NCBI RefSeq assembly: GCF_009914755.1
Contig: NC_060928.1
Strand: one strand, 5' to 3'
From: the human T2T-CHM13v2.0 reference genome, Homo sapiens
DNA length: 64,000 nt
A program made the position numbers and the translations under genes. Within the stretch, counting starts at the first letter, position 1. Every line of letters begins with the position of its first letter. A model generated the notes under the pieces. That model did not search any database. It was given only the letters and a program-made list of their open reading frames with translations, and was not told the DNA's origin. This document shows positions 16,424 through 30,684 of this stretch, piece by piece.

Positions 16424-16555
16424 GCTACTCAGGAGGCTGAGGCAGAAGAATCACTTGAACCCGGCAGGCGCAAGTTGCAGTGAGCTGACTGAGATCGTGC
16501 CACTGCACTCCAGCCTGGGAGACAGAGCCAGACTCCATCTCAAAAAAAAAAAAAA
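16424..16555 (+). mobile_element. 5'-truncated Alu (right arm) in Tigger1
   Basis: TSD ttcagtgg(a/c)gg. Confidence 0.9.
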
Positions 16556-17055
16556 TTCAGTGGCGGAAGTCACTGCAGGCGCGTAGAAATAGCAAGAGAA
16601 CTAGAATTAGAACTGGAGTTTGACAATGTGACTAAACTGTTGCAATCTCATAATAAAACTTGAATGGATAAGGTGTTGTTTCTTCTGAATGAGCAAGGAA
16701 AGTAGTTTCCTGAGACAAAGTTAAACAATTTAGAATACTGCATACACTTAATTGATAAACCAGCGGCAGGATTTGAAAGGATTGCCTCCAGTTTTGAAAG
16801 AAGTTCTACTCTGCATAAAATGCTATCAAACAGCATCACACGCTACAGAGAAATCGTTCATGACAGGAAGAGTCAATCAATGCAGCAAACTTCATTGTTA
16901 TTTTAAGAAACTGACACAGCCATTCCAACCCTCAGCAACATCACTCTATCAGTCAGCAGCCATCAACACTGAGGCAAGACTACAGCAGTAAAATGATCGT
17001 GACTCCCTGAAGGCTCAGGTGATTGTTAGCATTTTTTAGCAATCAAGTATTTTTT

Positions 17056-17350
<295 letters not shown>

Positions 17351-17512
17351 GTAAAGTATTTTTTAGTTAAGGTATGCACACTTTTTAGACAGAATGCTAT
17401 TGCATACTTAATAGGCTACAATGCCATGTAAATATAACTTTATATGCACTGGGGAAACAATAAATTCTTGTGACTAACTTTATTATGATATTTGCTTAAT
17501 TGTAGTGGTCTA

Positions 17513-17850
<338 letters not shown>

Positions 17851-18754
17851 CACTCTATTTTAAAACATAAAGCTATACAAGTAAAGTAAGGGACAAATGG
17901 TACTGGTAAACCTACTCCATCACCCAGTACTACCCTACCCACATGGGAGATGTGCGTGGACTTATTTAACAGCACAGAAAAAATATACAAACATGCACAC
18001 CCACTGCTACTTCATGTCAATATAGTAGCAGCAATGATAAAACAATGGGACAACTACAGACAACAGTCTACTTTCCTATTAAGACATGTTCTTGTAGTGT
18101 ACATTAGTTCATTCATTCATCATTTGGGCGATGAGGTCAGTATAATGTGAATGTCACTTTAGTCCAAAATTTTCCCCAGCATAGTAAAGTTTTAAAGCCA
18201 GCAGGGACAAGCTTTCTCACAAAGACAGAGCTTAAGCAATACATGATGACCTTAAGAAAAAAACTAGAAATCCAGAAGAGGGTAACCAGAGGCTAGTTAA
18301 TGGCTTTAAACTGCTAGGCATTCCACAATGTTAAAACCATCTGGTCAAGCTGTGAGTACAGATAGAAAATCCATGACAATATTTTTCCCACGTTAATTTT
18401 TTTTTTTAAGGGGTGAGAGGCAACTGATAAAAACTACACCCTGGATCAGATTTACTAGTTTTCACAATTTCATCATAAGTAGAAATGAATGTTCTCGAGG
18501 ACCTACATTTCAAAGGAGAAAGCATAAATCCTAGAACTTAGAACTAACTGGGGTAAATATTTAGCTATATAATATTTTTATTAGAATGGGTACTGGTTTC
18601 GTTACTACAGAGATTACAAGTTTACACAGGAACAAGCCACTCAGAAACCGATTTTCAGGGCCCGATTTTGCAGAGCTTCAGGTTTTCTTCAGAGACAACT
18701 ATACTGTTATATAACAAAAGTAACTGCCTGTACTATGGTTATTTAAAGAAGTCC

Positions 18755-19085
<331 letters not shown>

Positions 19086-19119
19086 TTACTTCTTCCATAT
19101 GTGCTGTTATGGGGTAAAC

Positions 19120-21241
19120 CAATCTGCACTAAAAGATTAAATTTTATTGCTACTAAACACTTAAAAATTATTTTCAGTCAATCCAACATATTGCCCATTT
19201 TTGTTTTAAGAAATACTAATAAAAAGGACTGGAGTGAGATATTCAAAATGAGTCAAAATTAGGCAATAACAAATACAGACTGTAATAGCATAGGTAGAAT
19301 ATGTGGCCTCTTATGCCAAACTAAATTTAAATTCTGGTATATACTATGTCTTCTAAAAAAATTTTTTTTCAGTTTCTTAATTTTATAATAATGCCACAAG
19401 GAAGATGACAACCATTAGAATGACAAATTCTTCCTTTAGAAATAATCTCTTTAGCTTGCAGCACAACACCTTTGAAATTATTTTCTTTATGAAAATCTCA
19501 AAGTATTAAGGAGAAAGCAGTACATACTGTCCCTGGTTAGAGAGGATACATTTCTTCACTAAGCAGAACAATAACAATAACAAAAATTGACTTCAGCATT
19601 CAAATTTCTGTTGACAACATGTGTTTAAGATGATTCTATCACTTAGGAATGTCAAACTCTAACCAAAATTTAATTTTGGTAACACAAATTATTAAAAACT
19701 TAAAATATTTAAGTTTACCTGAAATTTTGTTTTACATCAAGGCATTTTTAAAACTTCTTATGATTTTCTGAAACAGGTATATCCTGAAATGTCAAATCAC
19801 TAAAGTTATAAATACCAGTGGAGCACTCTTCAAAACTGGGAAGGGATATATGAGCTAACAAAAAAGGGGAGAAAATGGTACCTTGCACAGAACAAGTACA
19901 CCCATCTAGTAAAGAGATGTAATCTAAGCATTCCCCATCCCACTCCCTGCTCCAAATCATGTCCTATATGCTTTATATAGAATGTCATTTGGACCCTGAC
20001 TGTTCACACCACTTTCTATTCTCTCTACCAATTCAGGTTCAATACTGTAACATTCTGAAACACTGTTTCTCTTTCTTCATTGCTTAAGTTTATACGGTTT
20101 TTTTTTTTCAATAACGTTCACTAAGCGTCATGTCTCTTCTATGTAGAAATTTTAAGATGGAAGCGGCAATATATCTTTCTTATTGAAATAAAAACATTGA
20201 TCAAGAACAATTTCCACTGTGATAAACAGAAAATACGTATCAAAATTACACAGACCTACCTACATAGAATGTATATTCAGCAACTCGAACTTATATGGCT
20301 AAGTATGTTCCTCTCCTTATTGAGATGACTGAAGCTTTCAGAGAGCTGTGTACCTATCAACTTGTGATATCTCAATCTCAAAGGTTTTGTTTCTTTACTC
20401 CTCCCTTCTTTGTCGCCTGTCTCTGAGAGGAAAAATGTAATCTCCATCATTTCTAAGACTATTAATACCATCAGTAGCTTTGATTTTCTCTACCCCTAAG
20501 CCTTTCAGAAATTTGCTCCATTAGTCACACGCCTCCTGCTTAAAGGTTCAATTTCTTTAATCTTAATCTTGTCTCTTTGTTAATATTCACCAGTATATGA
20601 CACTGATTCTTTAATGTCAATATAAGACCAACATAAATGAGTGAAGTCTCATAAATAGGAAGAAAGTTGCCCCAATCCAACTATTCAGATTTTTAAAATA
20701 ATAAAATTCAGTTTTCTTTTCAATTCACTCTTAATGAAGCTCTAATAATAAAATGGAAGTAAAGGAGGAAGCAACAATCAGTATCACAAAATACGCAAAG
20801 AGCCAAGACTATATGGCAATTATTTCCAATCTTTATTTTTGAATAACCAATGACTTGCTGGTTATGCCAAATTATATCTAAAAGTTAACCCAGGTCTGAT
20901 TCTAAAAAATAAATTTTAAAAAGCTCTCTTTGGAGGATAGACTGCTATTACTTTCAACTAGTCATTTCCAAAATTTAGGAATTAATTTCCTATATAGAAG
21001 CAGAATATGTTACAAAACTTTGCTCCTATGCTCACTTTTCTTTTAAAAATTAAACCTGTTTCTTAAACATTATCTTTAAAAGGTTAACACGATTTTTATT
21101 CACTCTTAATCACACATTGTAGGGTAAAGAATAACATTTCACCATCCCTCCCAGAAAAAAGTAACCTCAATCGGAATTTTGATATTCTTCCTGTAAGTTT
21201 TGTGATCTTATACAAAATTCAAGACATTTCCAATCTTACTT
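19120..21241 (-). other. Candidate distal terminal exon or 3' region with tandem poly(A) signals
   Basis: Acceptor atcttttagtgcctag|AAG at 21241; AATAAA (minus) at 21095, 20832 and 19143; about 2.2 kb without a recognisable repeat. Confidence 0.4.
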
Positions 21242-22144
21242 CTAGGCACTAAAAGATATTGCTTATAATATATTAATCGTAACTATCATATAACTTCCCC
21301 TACTTATCAAAGCAATGTTGTTGCTCTGAGGTTTCCAACTTCTCATTTCCCACTCCACACAGCTTCCTCAGGGTATTATATGCTTTCTCGTAGCATCAAC
21401 TACAATCTACAGTGGTGGTTCTCAAACTTCAGTAGAATTACAGATCACTCTGGAGGCAGGGGTTCTTGTATTAAAATGTAAATTCCTAGGCTGGTAGCAA
21501 AAACGAAATCTATGGCTCCTTCTAAATTCACCTCTTCCAAGATGGCTTCCCAAGTAACTCTTCACCACTACTCCCAAACATTATTAGTTTAAAAACTTTC
21601 TGTTCCAACAGGTTCTATTCCATACCTATGTTCTGAAATACCTTGTAACTATTTTGTTGTCTGTCTCTCTCATTAGGACTGTAAACTCCAAGGAAGTAAT
21701 TTTTGGCTTCTCTGTTTTAGTATTTCCAGTGGTTTACACAAGAGGTTAGCTATTAGCAGGCGATCGTTAAATGCCAGTACACATGTACTGACCAGATTAA
21801 AGGACAGGTAACAAATAGTTGAATAAAAATCAGCAATAATGACTCATTATATACTTTGCTCTACACTTTGACAGTCTGAATTAGGAAGGCTTATACAACA
21901 GTTTTGTTTCCCAAGTTATGAACACTTAAAAGTTTCAGACAGACCAACAAGGACAGTATCAGGGATAAGAACATGGGTCTTTAAGTTAGACATTACTGAG
22001 GTAAAAACCTAGATCCACCACTTAATATGATCTCAGGAAAGCTTATAATAGTTTCAGTGCCTCCTCAACGCTAAAACAAAGCTCATATCTAATTAATACA
22101 TTCTAGGTGAAGATTGAAAGAAGTAACATATTAAAGCACCCAAG

Positions 22145-22449
<305 letters not shown>

Positions 22450-23186
22450 CATATTAAAGCACCCAAAACCTGGTGTATGGCAGATAACCAGAATATGGTA
22501 GCTGTTACTTTAATTAAGCTATTTCTTTAAAATTAAACGATTAAAGTGTATGAAAGTGGGAGAAACATTTTCCTTTCAAAAAAATACAGTAATATTTTAA
22601 AATAAATACACAAATTACTAATTTTAATCTACAGAGTTTTATCGATCAGTTAAATTACAATTAAAAATCAAAACCACACAGCCTAAAACAGGGCTTTGTG
22701 CTTAACGTGGCTACCCAACTGACTCCTGCATATAGTTGGCGGTCTTTTAAGAACCCAATTCTTTTTAAAAACTTTGAAAATTGATTTTTTTCTCTTCTTT
22801 TGAAAGACACTTTCTACTGCAGATTAAAATCCAATCAAAATTTGCTGGGTGGGTAGGTAAAGGCATATATGATCCATTTGCATAAACACACTCAATAATT
22901 AATACAAGAGTTAAGAATATTAGTATAAAGGGGTCCTTATACTAGCTTAAAGGATTTACAATCTTCTAAAAAATTTTAATGTTTTTCAGAGAAAGTTTGC
23001 AACTGTTCCCTGTTTTATTAATTTACTTTGTCCTATTTCAAAGGTTGAGTCTAAGGTATAGTAGAAAATTTGAAAACATAAGACATGTAAAGATGAAATA
23101 TTTCAAATTATCCATAATATCATCATCCAGAGATAATCACTTTATAAATTTGCTGTATTTCCTTCCAGCTCCTTCTCTACAAAGCG

Positions 23187-23240
23187 TTCTCTACAAACAT
23201 GTGCTTCTCTACAAACATGTGCTTCTCTACAAACATGTGC
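23187..23240 (+). repeat. 18-bp tandem repeat (ttctctacaaacatgtgc)x3 plus a partial copy
   Basis: Three perfect copies. Confidence 0.95.
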
Positions 23241-23257
23241 TTTAAAAATGGGTGCCA

Positions 23258-23340
23258 TGTTAGGTTACACTACATGAAAATGCTGATATTCTACTACTCT
23301 TGACCTACAAAAACGGTAATTTCATATGATTTAACCTAAG
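23258..23340. mobile_element. MADE2 mariner MITE
   Basis: ttaggtt...atgaaaatgc...ttgacctacaaaaacggtaatttcatatgatttaacctaa, about 80 bp and palindromic. Confidence 0.8.
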
Positions 23341-24001
23341 ACCATATGCACTATATGTACATATATGTATGACCATAATTTTATATTCTTCGAGACTTTA
23401 CATTAAATCATGAGCACTTTCCTATGTCTTACAAAATCTTCCCCATATAACATTTTATGGCTGGATGGTTAGTCCAAACAAATGGATATAAAAAACAAAC
23501 CATTTATCTGATGTTTGAAATTGAGTTGTTTCCAGTTTTTCACCATTATAGATGATAATGGTACGAACATCCTTGTGCCTAAGTCTTCCTGCGAATCTGA
23601 GTATCTCCTTAGGAATTATCTCTATAATTCCTAGAAGTAGGTTTTCTGAGTCAAAGTTTATGAATACTTTTAATCCTAAACAAGTTCCTAAAATGAGTAC
23701 CACAAAAGAACCAATTTACATTTCACCATAAGTCAGAAGGATAATTTTACAAACCATCTATGGTTTGTAAACAAATTCTTAAAGGAAAAGCTGCAAGGCA
23801 TAGAAACAAGGTAAAACAGGAAAACATTCTCAATATCATTGGTTGTAACAATTTGGTATAACCAAGAATCATGTGAGAGGCTTATTTAAAAACAAAGATC
23901 TCTGGATCCCATTCCGGTGATTCTTTCAATGTGCCCTGATGTAAACTGGTACTTTTAACCACCATCCAAAGTGATAGATACAAGTGATTCCTGAACCATA
24001 C

Positions 24002-24288
24002 TTTCTTTGTTTGAGACAGGGTCTCACTCTGCTGTCCAGGCTGGACTGCAGTGGCACAATAATAGCTCAGCTCACTGCAGTCTCGACCTGCCAGACTCAG
24101 ATGATCCTCCTACATGGCTGTGACTACAGGCACATGCCACCACACCTGGCTAATTTTCTTGTATTTTTTGTAGAGATGAGGTTTTGCCACGTGTCCCAGG
24201 CTGGTCTCAAACTTCTCGACTCAAGCGACCCATCTGCCTCTACCTCCCAAAGCGCTAGGATTACCAATGTGAGCCACCGTGCCCAGCC
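24002..24288 (-). mobile_element. AluJ inserted in a MER5-like element
   Basis: TSD cctgaacca(t/c)acttt. Confidence 0.92.
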
Positions 24289-24491
24289 CTGAACCACACT
24301 TTGGAAAACATTACTCCAAATAGTACAAATATGCTTTATATGAATAATTTTTCCTACGAATTATTGCTGAGTAAGAGGTGAACAAATCATTTCTTATTCA
24401 AGACTAAAAAAATTAGGTAATCATTTATATTACATCTTCAGATGAAATTTGGCTTCATCTCTACACTCACAGCTTAATTGAAAGTACAAAT

Positions 24492-24645
24492 ACAAACTGA
24501 GTATCTCTTATCTGAAATGCTTGGAACCAGAAATGTTTCAGATTTGGGATTTTTAAAAAATATTTGCATTATACTTATCAGAAATTTCAAAATCCGAAGC
24601 GCTTCAATGAGCACTTCCTTTGAGCAGCAGGCTGATGCCTAAAGT
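24492..24645 (+). mobile_element. Tigger4/MER46-like fragment
   Basis: tgagtatctcttatctgaaatgcttggaaccagaaatgtttcagattt. Confidence 0.7.
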
Positions 24646-24788
24646 TTTGACATTGGTTCTGCTATTTCCCAGTTGTGTGATTTTTAGGAGTTGTAGAACC
24701 TCTCTGAGCTTCAGTTCTCTCATCTTTAAAAATAATCATTAGAGTCTTTCTCATAAATGACATAATTAACATAGAAGTGCTTAGTACA

Positions 24789-25107
<319 letters not shown>

Positions 25108-26133
25108 AAAGTGCTTAGTACAGCACTTGGTCCAAAGTAAGAGTTCAATCAATGAACCTACAAACCATTTTGCCTAGGCAACAAAGATGACTGCACAGCG
25201 CTTATCTAATAGGCCATACAGGAAGAAAGCACCAATAACATAATGGCCAACCTTCTTAAAACGTGTTTACTAAAAAATATCCTAGGTACTGAATAAACTC
25301 CCTAATGACATTATCTTTGTTAGAAAGTCTAGAAAAAATTGGCAGCACCAGATTTTAATCCCAGGTCTATTCTATTAACCACTAGGATAATTTCCAGAAT
25401 TACTATCCTACTTAGGAAATATTGGATATCAAAGAGATAAAACAGTATTCTTAGCAAAAACATGTTACCCACCCACCCCCCCAAAAAAAGACATAAAAAG
25501 TGAAAGGAGAGGTTTTAACATCACCTACAACTTGATTCTTTAAGAAACTTCATCCTTCTTCCTAACTCTAACTTCTATAGCTTCAAGGTCAAGTATTCTA
25601 ATACTTCCCACTGGTAAGGGTAAATTGAAATCTTTTTAATGGACATTTTAAGAGCATGTTTAAGGGACTTTAAAATGTTCATACATAATTTGATCAAGGT
25701 TATCAAATAGATTAATGGCAGAGCCAAATTAAATCCAACTCTTTTAATGCTCGATCCAGGGCTCTTTAGAAAAGGCAGCTCCACTGAGGCTAGAACTTCA
25801 CGCTGCCCATTTATTTTACATAAAATACTGTCTAATCACAGACCAATCATAGTTATCTTTCTAACTTTTATAAAAAGTAGTCAACACTCTGGTGTTTACT
25901 TCCTCGTTTCCTATTTGCTGAACCCATCATGAAAAGAAGCTGTCATAGACGGCACTCCAGTAAAACATATCCATGATTAATTTGCTGGTGGCCCATCATT
26001 AAACATTTTCAATATATATGAAATTCAGACACATCCTTGACCGAATCCTAAATGATATTAACATGCTTATGTTCATCAGTGTTCACAGAAGGGTTTTTTT
26101 CTTGGAAGTCAAGAGAGTCTATAAACTTTTTAC

Positions 26134-26208
26134 CTGTTGAATAATAAAAGATTACAAATACTAGTGTTTAAATTATTTTCAATTTTCCATAATTAATGTT
26201 TAAAGTAT
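26134..26208 (-). other. Candidate exon (75 nt, AT-rich)
   Basis: Acceptor catttcctttaattcag|ATAC; donor CAG|gtaaaa. Confidence 0.3.
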
Positions 26209-26884
26209 CTGAATTAAAGGAAATGTGCAGACTAGCACAGATAATATTTTCAACTTTCTAGAAACACTAAGGCTTCAAACACTACAAGTGACTATTTGAG
26301 TACATCAAAAAGGAAAGTTCTCTTAACATGGTGATTTGAATACCACATGTGATGACAATTTTATGCCCCGTTTCTACTACAGTAAATTGTTAATCTTATT
26401 TAATTTTTGTAAATGTTTTTAGATGTGGTTGAGAGAAATGGTGTCTCTATCATGGCAAGAACAGAAACAGGGAATGATAAAGAATTCAGTATTTTTATGT
26501 GGTGGAGTCTGTATAAAACACTTTACATGAGGTAGAGGTATTGGTGAGGAAGGGAGTGGAAGAGAGTTTCTTTTCTAATCTAACACCATCAGCAAAACTT
26601 TTAAGTAATCAAAGTCTTTGACAGCATCTGAGTTTCTATGACAGTAGTTCTATTTTACAGTTAGCAATATTCCTACACTTCTATATTTGAACCAATTATT
26701 TGTTTAAAAGGCATAGAAAAGGAAAACAAAAATTATTTTAAAATAATCACTTTGAAATTTATAATACTTGATATTAGATTTTTAATTTGCTATATCCTTA
26801 AACACTACTTTAAAATAGCTTTATATATCCTCATCAGTATCCCTTAGAAGTAATACAACTCATATTTCCTAAATGGTGCCTTAC

Positions 26885-26895
26885 CCATGAAACCA
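26885..26895 (-). other. Candidate 11-nt microexon TGGTTTCATGG
   Basis: Long tract ccttttttggtcttttactttcttag| followed 11 nt later by TGG|gtaagg. Confidence 0.3.
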
Positions 26896-27614
26896 CTAAG
26901 AAAGTAAAAGACCAAAAAAGGATGCAAAACAACTGCAGTACAACTCAAGAGATCAAGAACCTTACCATCATTCTAATTACAGCTAGAGTCTGAAGCTAAT
27001 GAAATCTACGAATGTGAGGAATATTCCACTTCATTTAGATAACACAGCATAGTTACCAATAACTCTCATATTTTAGAGATATGCTCTCATGGTCAATACC
27101 AGAATATGTTGATATTTAGCTAGGAATATGGAGCAGAAAGACTATGAATTGATGAATGAAATAATATATAATCTCTAAAATTTCATGAAGGCATACAACT
27201 TAACCATAAAGTTACTGAGGCTACTCACAAAACTTGAAACGAAGAAAACAAGAAAGAAAAACTAATCTAATCTTTAAAATAAGTGCTGCTGCTTTAAGTG
27301 GCCGGCAGTCTCACATAAACTCCAGGCTGAAATCACAACATCCATTAGAGTGCTCCACAGCTCAGAGCAAGCAAGCAAGTGGTTGTCAGTGCAGCTAGTA
27401 AATCACCTGATCCTATTACAAAATCAATTACTGCAGTGCATTTCCATTGCTACACAATCTGATGATGACAAAATGATATTGGATATCTACTGCAAGGTCA
27501 AGAAAACTGCTAAGAACATCTTTAATTGGTCTTTTATTTTTAATCATTTGGTCTTAGTCATAATGCATCCATTTTCATTGCATATTTTTATTTGAAATAA
27601 ATCTATGTAGTTAC

Positions 27615-27669
27615 CTTTGGTTGCCTGGGACATTCGATGGATAATCTCTGCAACTGGTCTGATGTATGG
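27615..27669 (-). other. Candidate internal exon (55 nt)
   Basis: Strong acceptor cgatttgttctcttgtag|CCATAC; donor AAG|gtaact; CpG-retaining unique flank. Confidence 0.6.
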
Positions 27670-28307
27670 CTACAAGAGAACAAATCGGAGCAGCAGGTCG
27701 AACGGCTCAACCTCTTCATTAAAGAAGAAATAATGCTGCAGCCACAGCCACACATTGACTTGCTCATTAGATGAGAATTTGACTTAAAAAATCAGAACTG
27801 GTGATGTCACATATATACTCAAAATTGTCAAACTGCCTCATTCTGCAGCTCTCTGGCTGAAAGAAACACTACTAAAAAAGAATAAAACAACAGCTTTGCT
27901 ACAGAAGATGCCAGCCACAAACTCATCGCCAAGAAAAACTGGATATTAAAACAGAAGTCTCCCAGCTACTCTTTAGAAAGAAGGTAAGGTGCTTTAATAT
28001 TTTAAATTGTTTTATATTAAAGCCCAAGTACTTAACAAAGGAGCAAACTCAAGACACCCCAAAATTATACTAACCACTTTCTGTCTTCCATCAGTTTAGA
28101 TCTGTTTGCCTACTCCTTCAGCTCAGCCTATCCAACCTGTTCCCTCTGTAAATGCACACGATTTCAACAACCAACAGGAATGAGCTCCACCCCTCCCCGT
28201 CTCCACACACACTGTTCAAGAACCGTTTAATATCTGGAAAAGAACTGCTGCTGCATTGCTTTGAGAAACAACAGGGAGCAAATTACTGGATGGATTCTTT
28301 AACTTAC

Positions 28308-28351
28308 CAATCAGAACTGCTGACCTTTTATGACTCTACAATTCAAGAAGC
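28308..28351 (-). other. Candidate small exon (44 nt, or 28 nt from the acceptor at 28335)
   Basis: Donor TTG|gtaagt; acceptors tatttggcag|GCT and gaattgtag|AGT. Confidence 0.3.
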
Positions 28352-29436
28352 CTGCCAAATACTCACAGTAAGAATAATCAACAAATTTTACTTCTATACT
28401 ATAGATTAATTTACAGAATTGTTTTCAATCTTATTATTCAATCTACAATACAAAAATATAGGCCTAAGTATTTTTTAAATAAACAAAATGTAGACAGTAG
28501 CTAATACAAATCTTTGAGGACTGATGGAAGAGGGTAGGAGGGTAACTGAATAAAATATACAAGCAAAAATTCCCTCTGGATACTTTATGTAGACTTGAGA
28601 AGTAATGAACAATAAAAATCTATAGCAAAAATACTGGTGCAGATAATGATGTAATAAACAAGCTGGATAATCCAAGGAGGCTCCTGCTATCATAAATGTT
28701 AGAAGAGTTTTAATGAGAAAAAAGGACATATGGCTATATAGGTAGGTACTGACCACAAGTAAAAAGCCATCAAAAACCTCATTGTTTTGATACTGAATTT
28801 TCTCCCACTTACTTGTCTGCATTTTATTTAAAAGATTATTTTAAAAACCACAAACCACCCTGAAAACATAAGCAACAATATTAAGTATGCTAGCTATACT
28901 ATACCTTTTATACTTAAGCATTCTACCTTTGCCAATAATGCACAAAGGTATTTGTTTATACAATGTAATTAATCCACATTACAATTTCCAGGACAAGGGA
29001 GGGTCGCATTAATACAAATACTTTATAGTCTTCACAAATAATCATACTTCAAATTACTGTAACTTAAATGAACATTCATAGACCAATGATTGCTAATGTA
29101 AGAGCACCCTTTTTGGGGAAGATAGTCTAAAACTAAATAATAAACACCTTGAATTAAAATACGTATTTTAAAACTTCCCATTGTCTGTGACACTGAAAGG
29201 TTTCTTCTTTGTGTATGTAACATGCTCAATTTCTTCCCTGGTTTAAAGCTAAAAAGATCCAGCACTGCCTCTGCCTTCACCTTGCACTGCCCTTTTGATA
29301 TTCATGTTATACTTAAATCAATTTCCAGAATATCTAAAAACAGGCATGCACTTCACATTCAATTTTTTAAAAATCCTTTGGTAGATAAAGGCTATGGTAA
29401 CAAACAAGAAAAATAATGCAGTAACCTTTTACTCGC

Positions 29437-29535
29437 CTGCTGGAGGTACTGTCTGCTGCACAGAATTTTAAATCCTCATCTGCAGATGCAATTGAACTGG
29501 GTATTGCCAAGAACTCTGCTTTTCCTGTGCTGCTG
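29437..29535 (-). other. Candidate exon with GC-AG donor
   Basis: Donor CAG|gcgagt; tandem acceptors gtgtag/cag/cag with a weak pyrimidine tract; lies in a TE-free block. Confidence 0.3.
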
Positions 29536-30684
29536 CTACACAGCTATTCATCGAAAGAGCACATTATGTAGAATCTGAAGTACTATCAAATCTGAAGTTT
29601 AAGTTTCTTAAATGAGCAAAAGAACTTCTAAAATCTAGCTATACCCCTGCTCTGTCACACTTTCAGATGCATGCCAGCCACGTTAGCGAAAAATGTCCTA
29701 GTGCTGCTATGTACTCCTAGCAAATGGGTAAGCTAGGGAAGCTAAGAGTAGTAATGAAAAAATTAATACCACATACTAATGTAAAAACAAGTACCAGGCA
29801 TTAAAACCTGGTAGGATTTGTGTTGCCAAAAAATGTATAACCTGTCCATAACAATTTGATATTTGTATTAGTTTTCTAATTAAAAGCCTATAAATAAATC
29901 ATGTGTCTAATATTACCAACAAGCATCAATTAAAAATCCCTGCCATACTGCTATTAATGAAAGTTATCTTACTAGCTATTCAGTCTGCATCACTATTGTT
30001 TCTAAAGAAAACTATGAAATAAAAGATTCAAAGGTATAGAATACTTGTGAAATAGCTTGACTTGCAATGTTCCTTCCTCCTCGTCCCCCACACCAATATC
30101 CCTTGGATCTTATATTAATTATAACTTAGAGTATAAGCAATATGACGTATTTTCATTATTTATCATTTTCCTTCCACATCAGCTAATTTGATGTATAGTA
30201 TTGTTGATTCTTAGGTTGCAGATAGATGGAGCTGGAAGGCAAACCAACAAAGATAAGGTTTAAAAATTAGAAGAAAAAGAAGCATAATATTGTTTATGAA
30301 AAAGTTTATAATTAACTTTGTCTAGGTACAGATACGTTTTCAAAGAGGAAAGAACATTAATACTTGCTCACTAACAACAATTAAGGATCTTGAGTATTTC
30401 TTCAATTAACTAATGCATTTTAAAGTTGCTTTCCCCTTTAATTGCAAGTAACTGTCAAAACTTGTTTTAAAAATATTTAACAATCCATTTCTATCAAATG
30501 ATTTTCATTTCCTTAAGATACAAGGTGATCACTTCTCTTAAATGGTAGTCTAAAAGATGTGAAATCTACAAACACAACCCTGAACAAGAGACATCCTTCC
30601 TCAATGCTCAAATTTATTTGCATAAATAAGCATAAGCTAATTTTTATAGTTCCCCTAAAGGTAAAAATGTATCAAATAAGAATC

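Noticed and set aside
20277-20471. 64-aa minus ORF in the terminal region
   Set aside because: No recognisable homology or splice-phase support.
29515-29545. tagcagcagcacagg on minus, resembling miR-15/195/497
   Set aside because: Does not match a mature miRNA I know, and I see no pre-miRNA hairpin partner.
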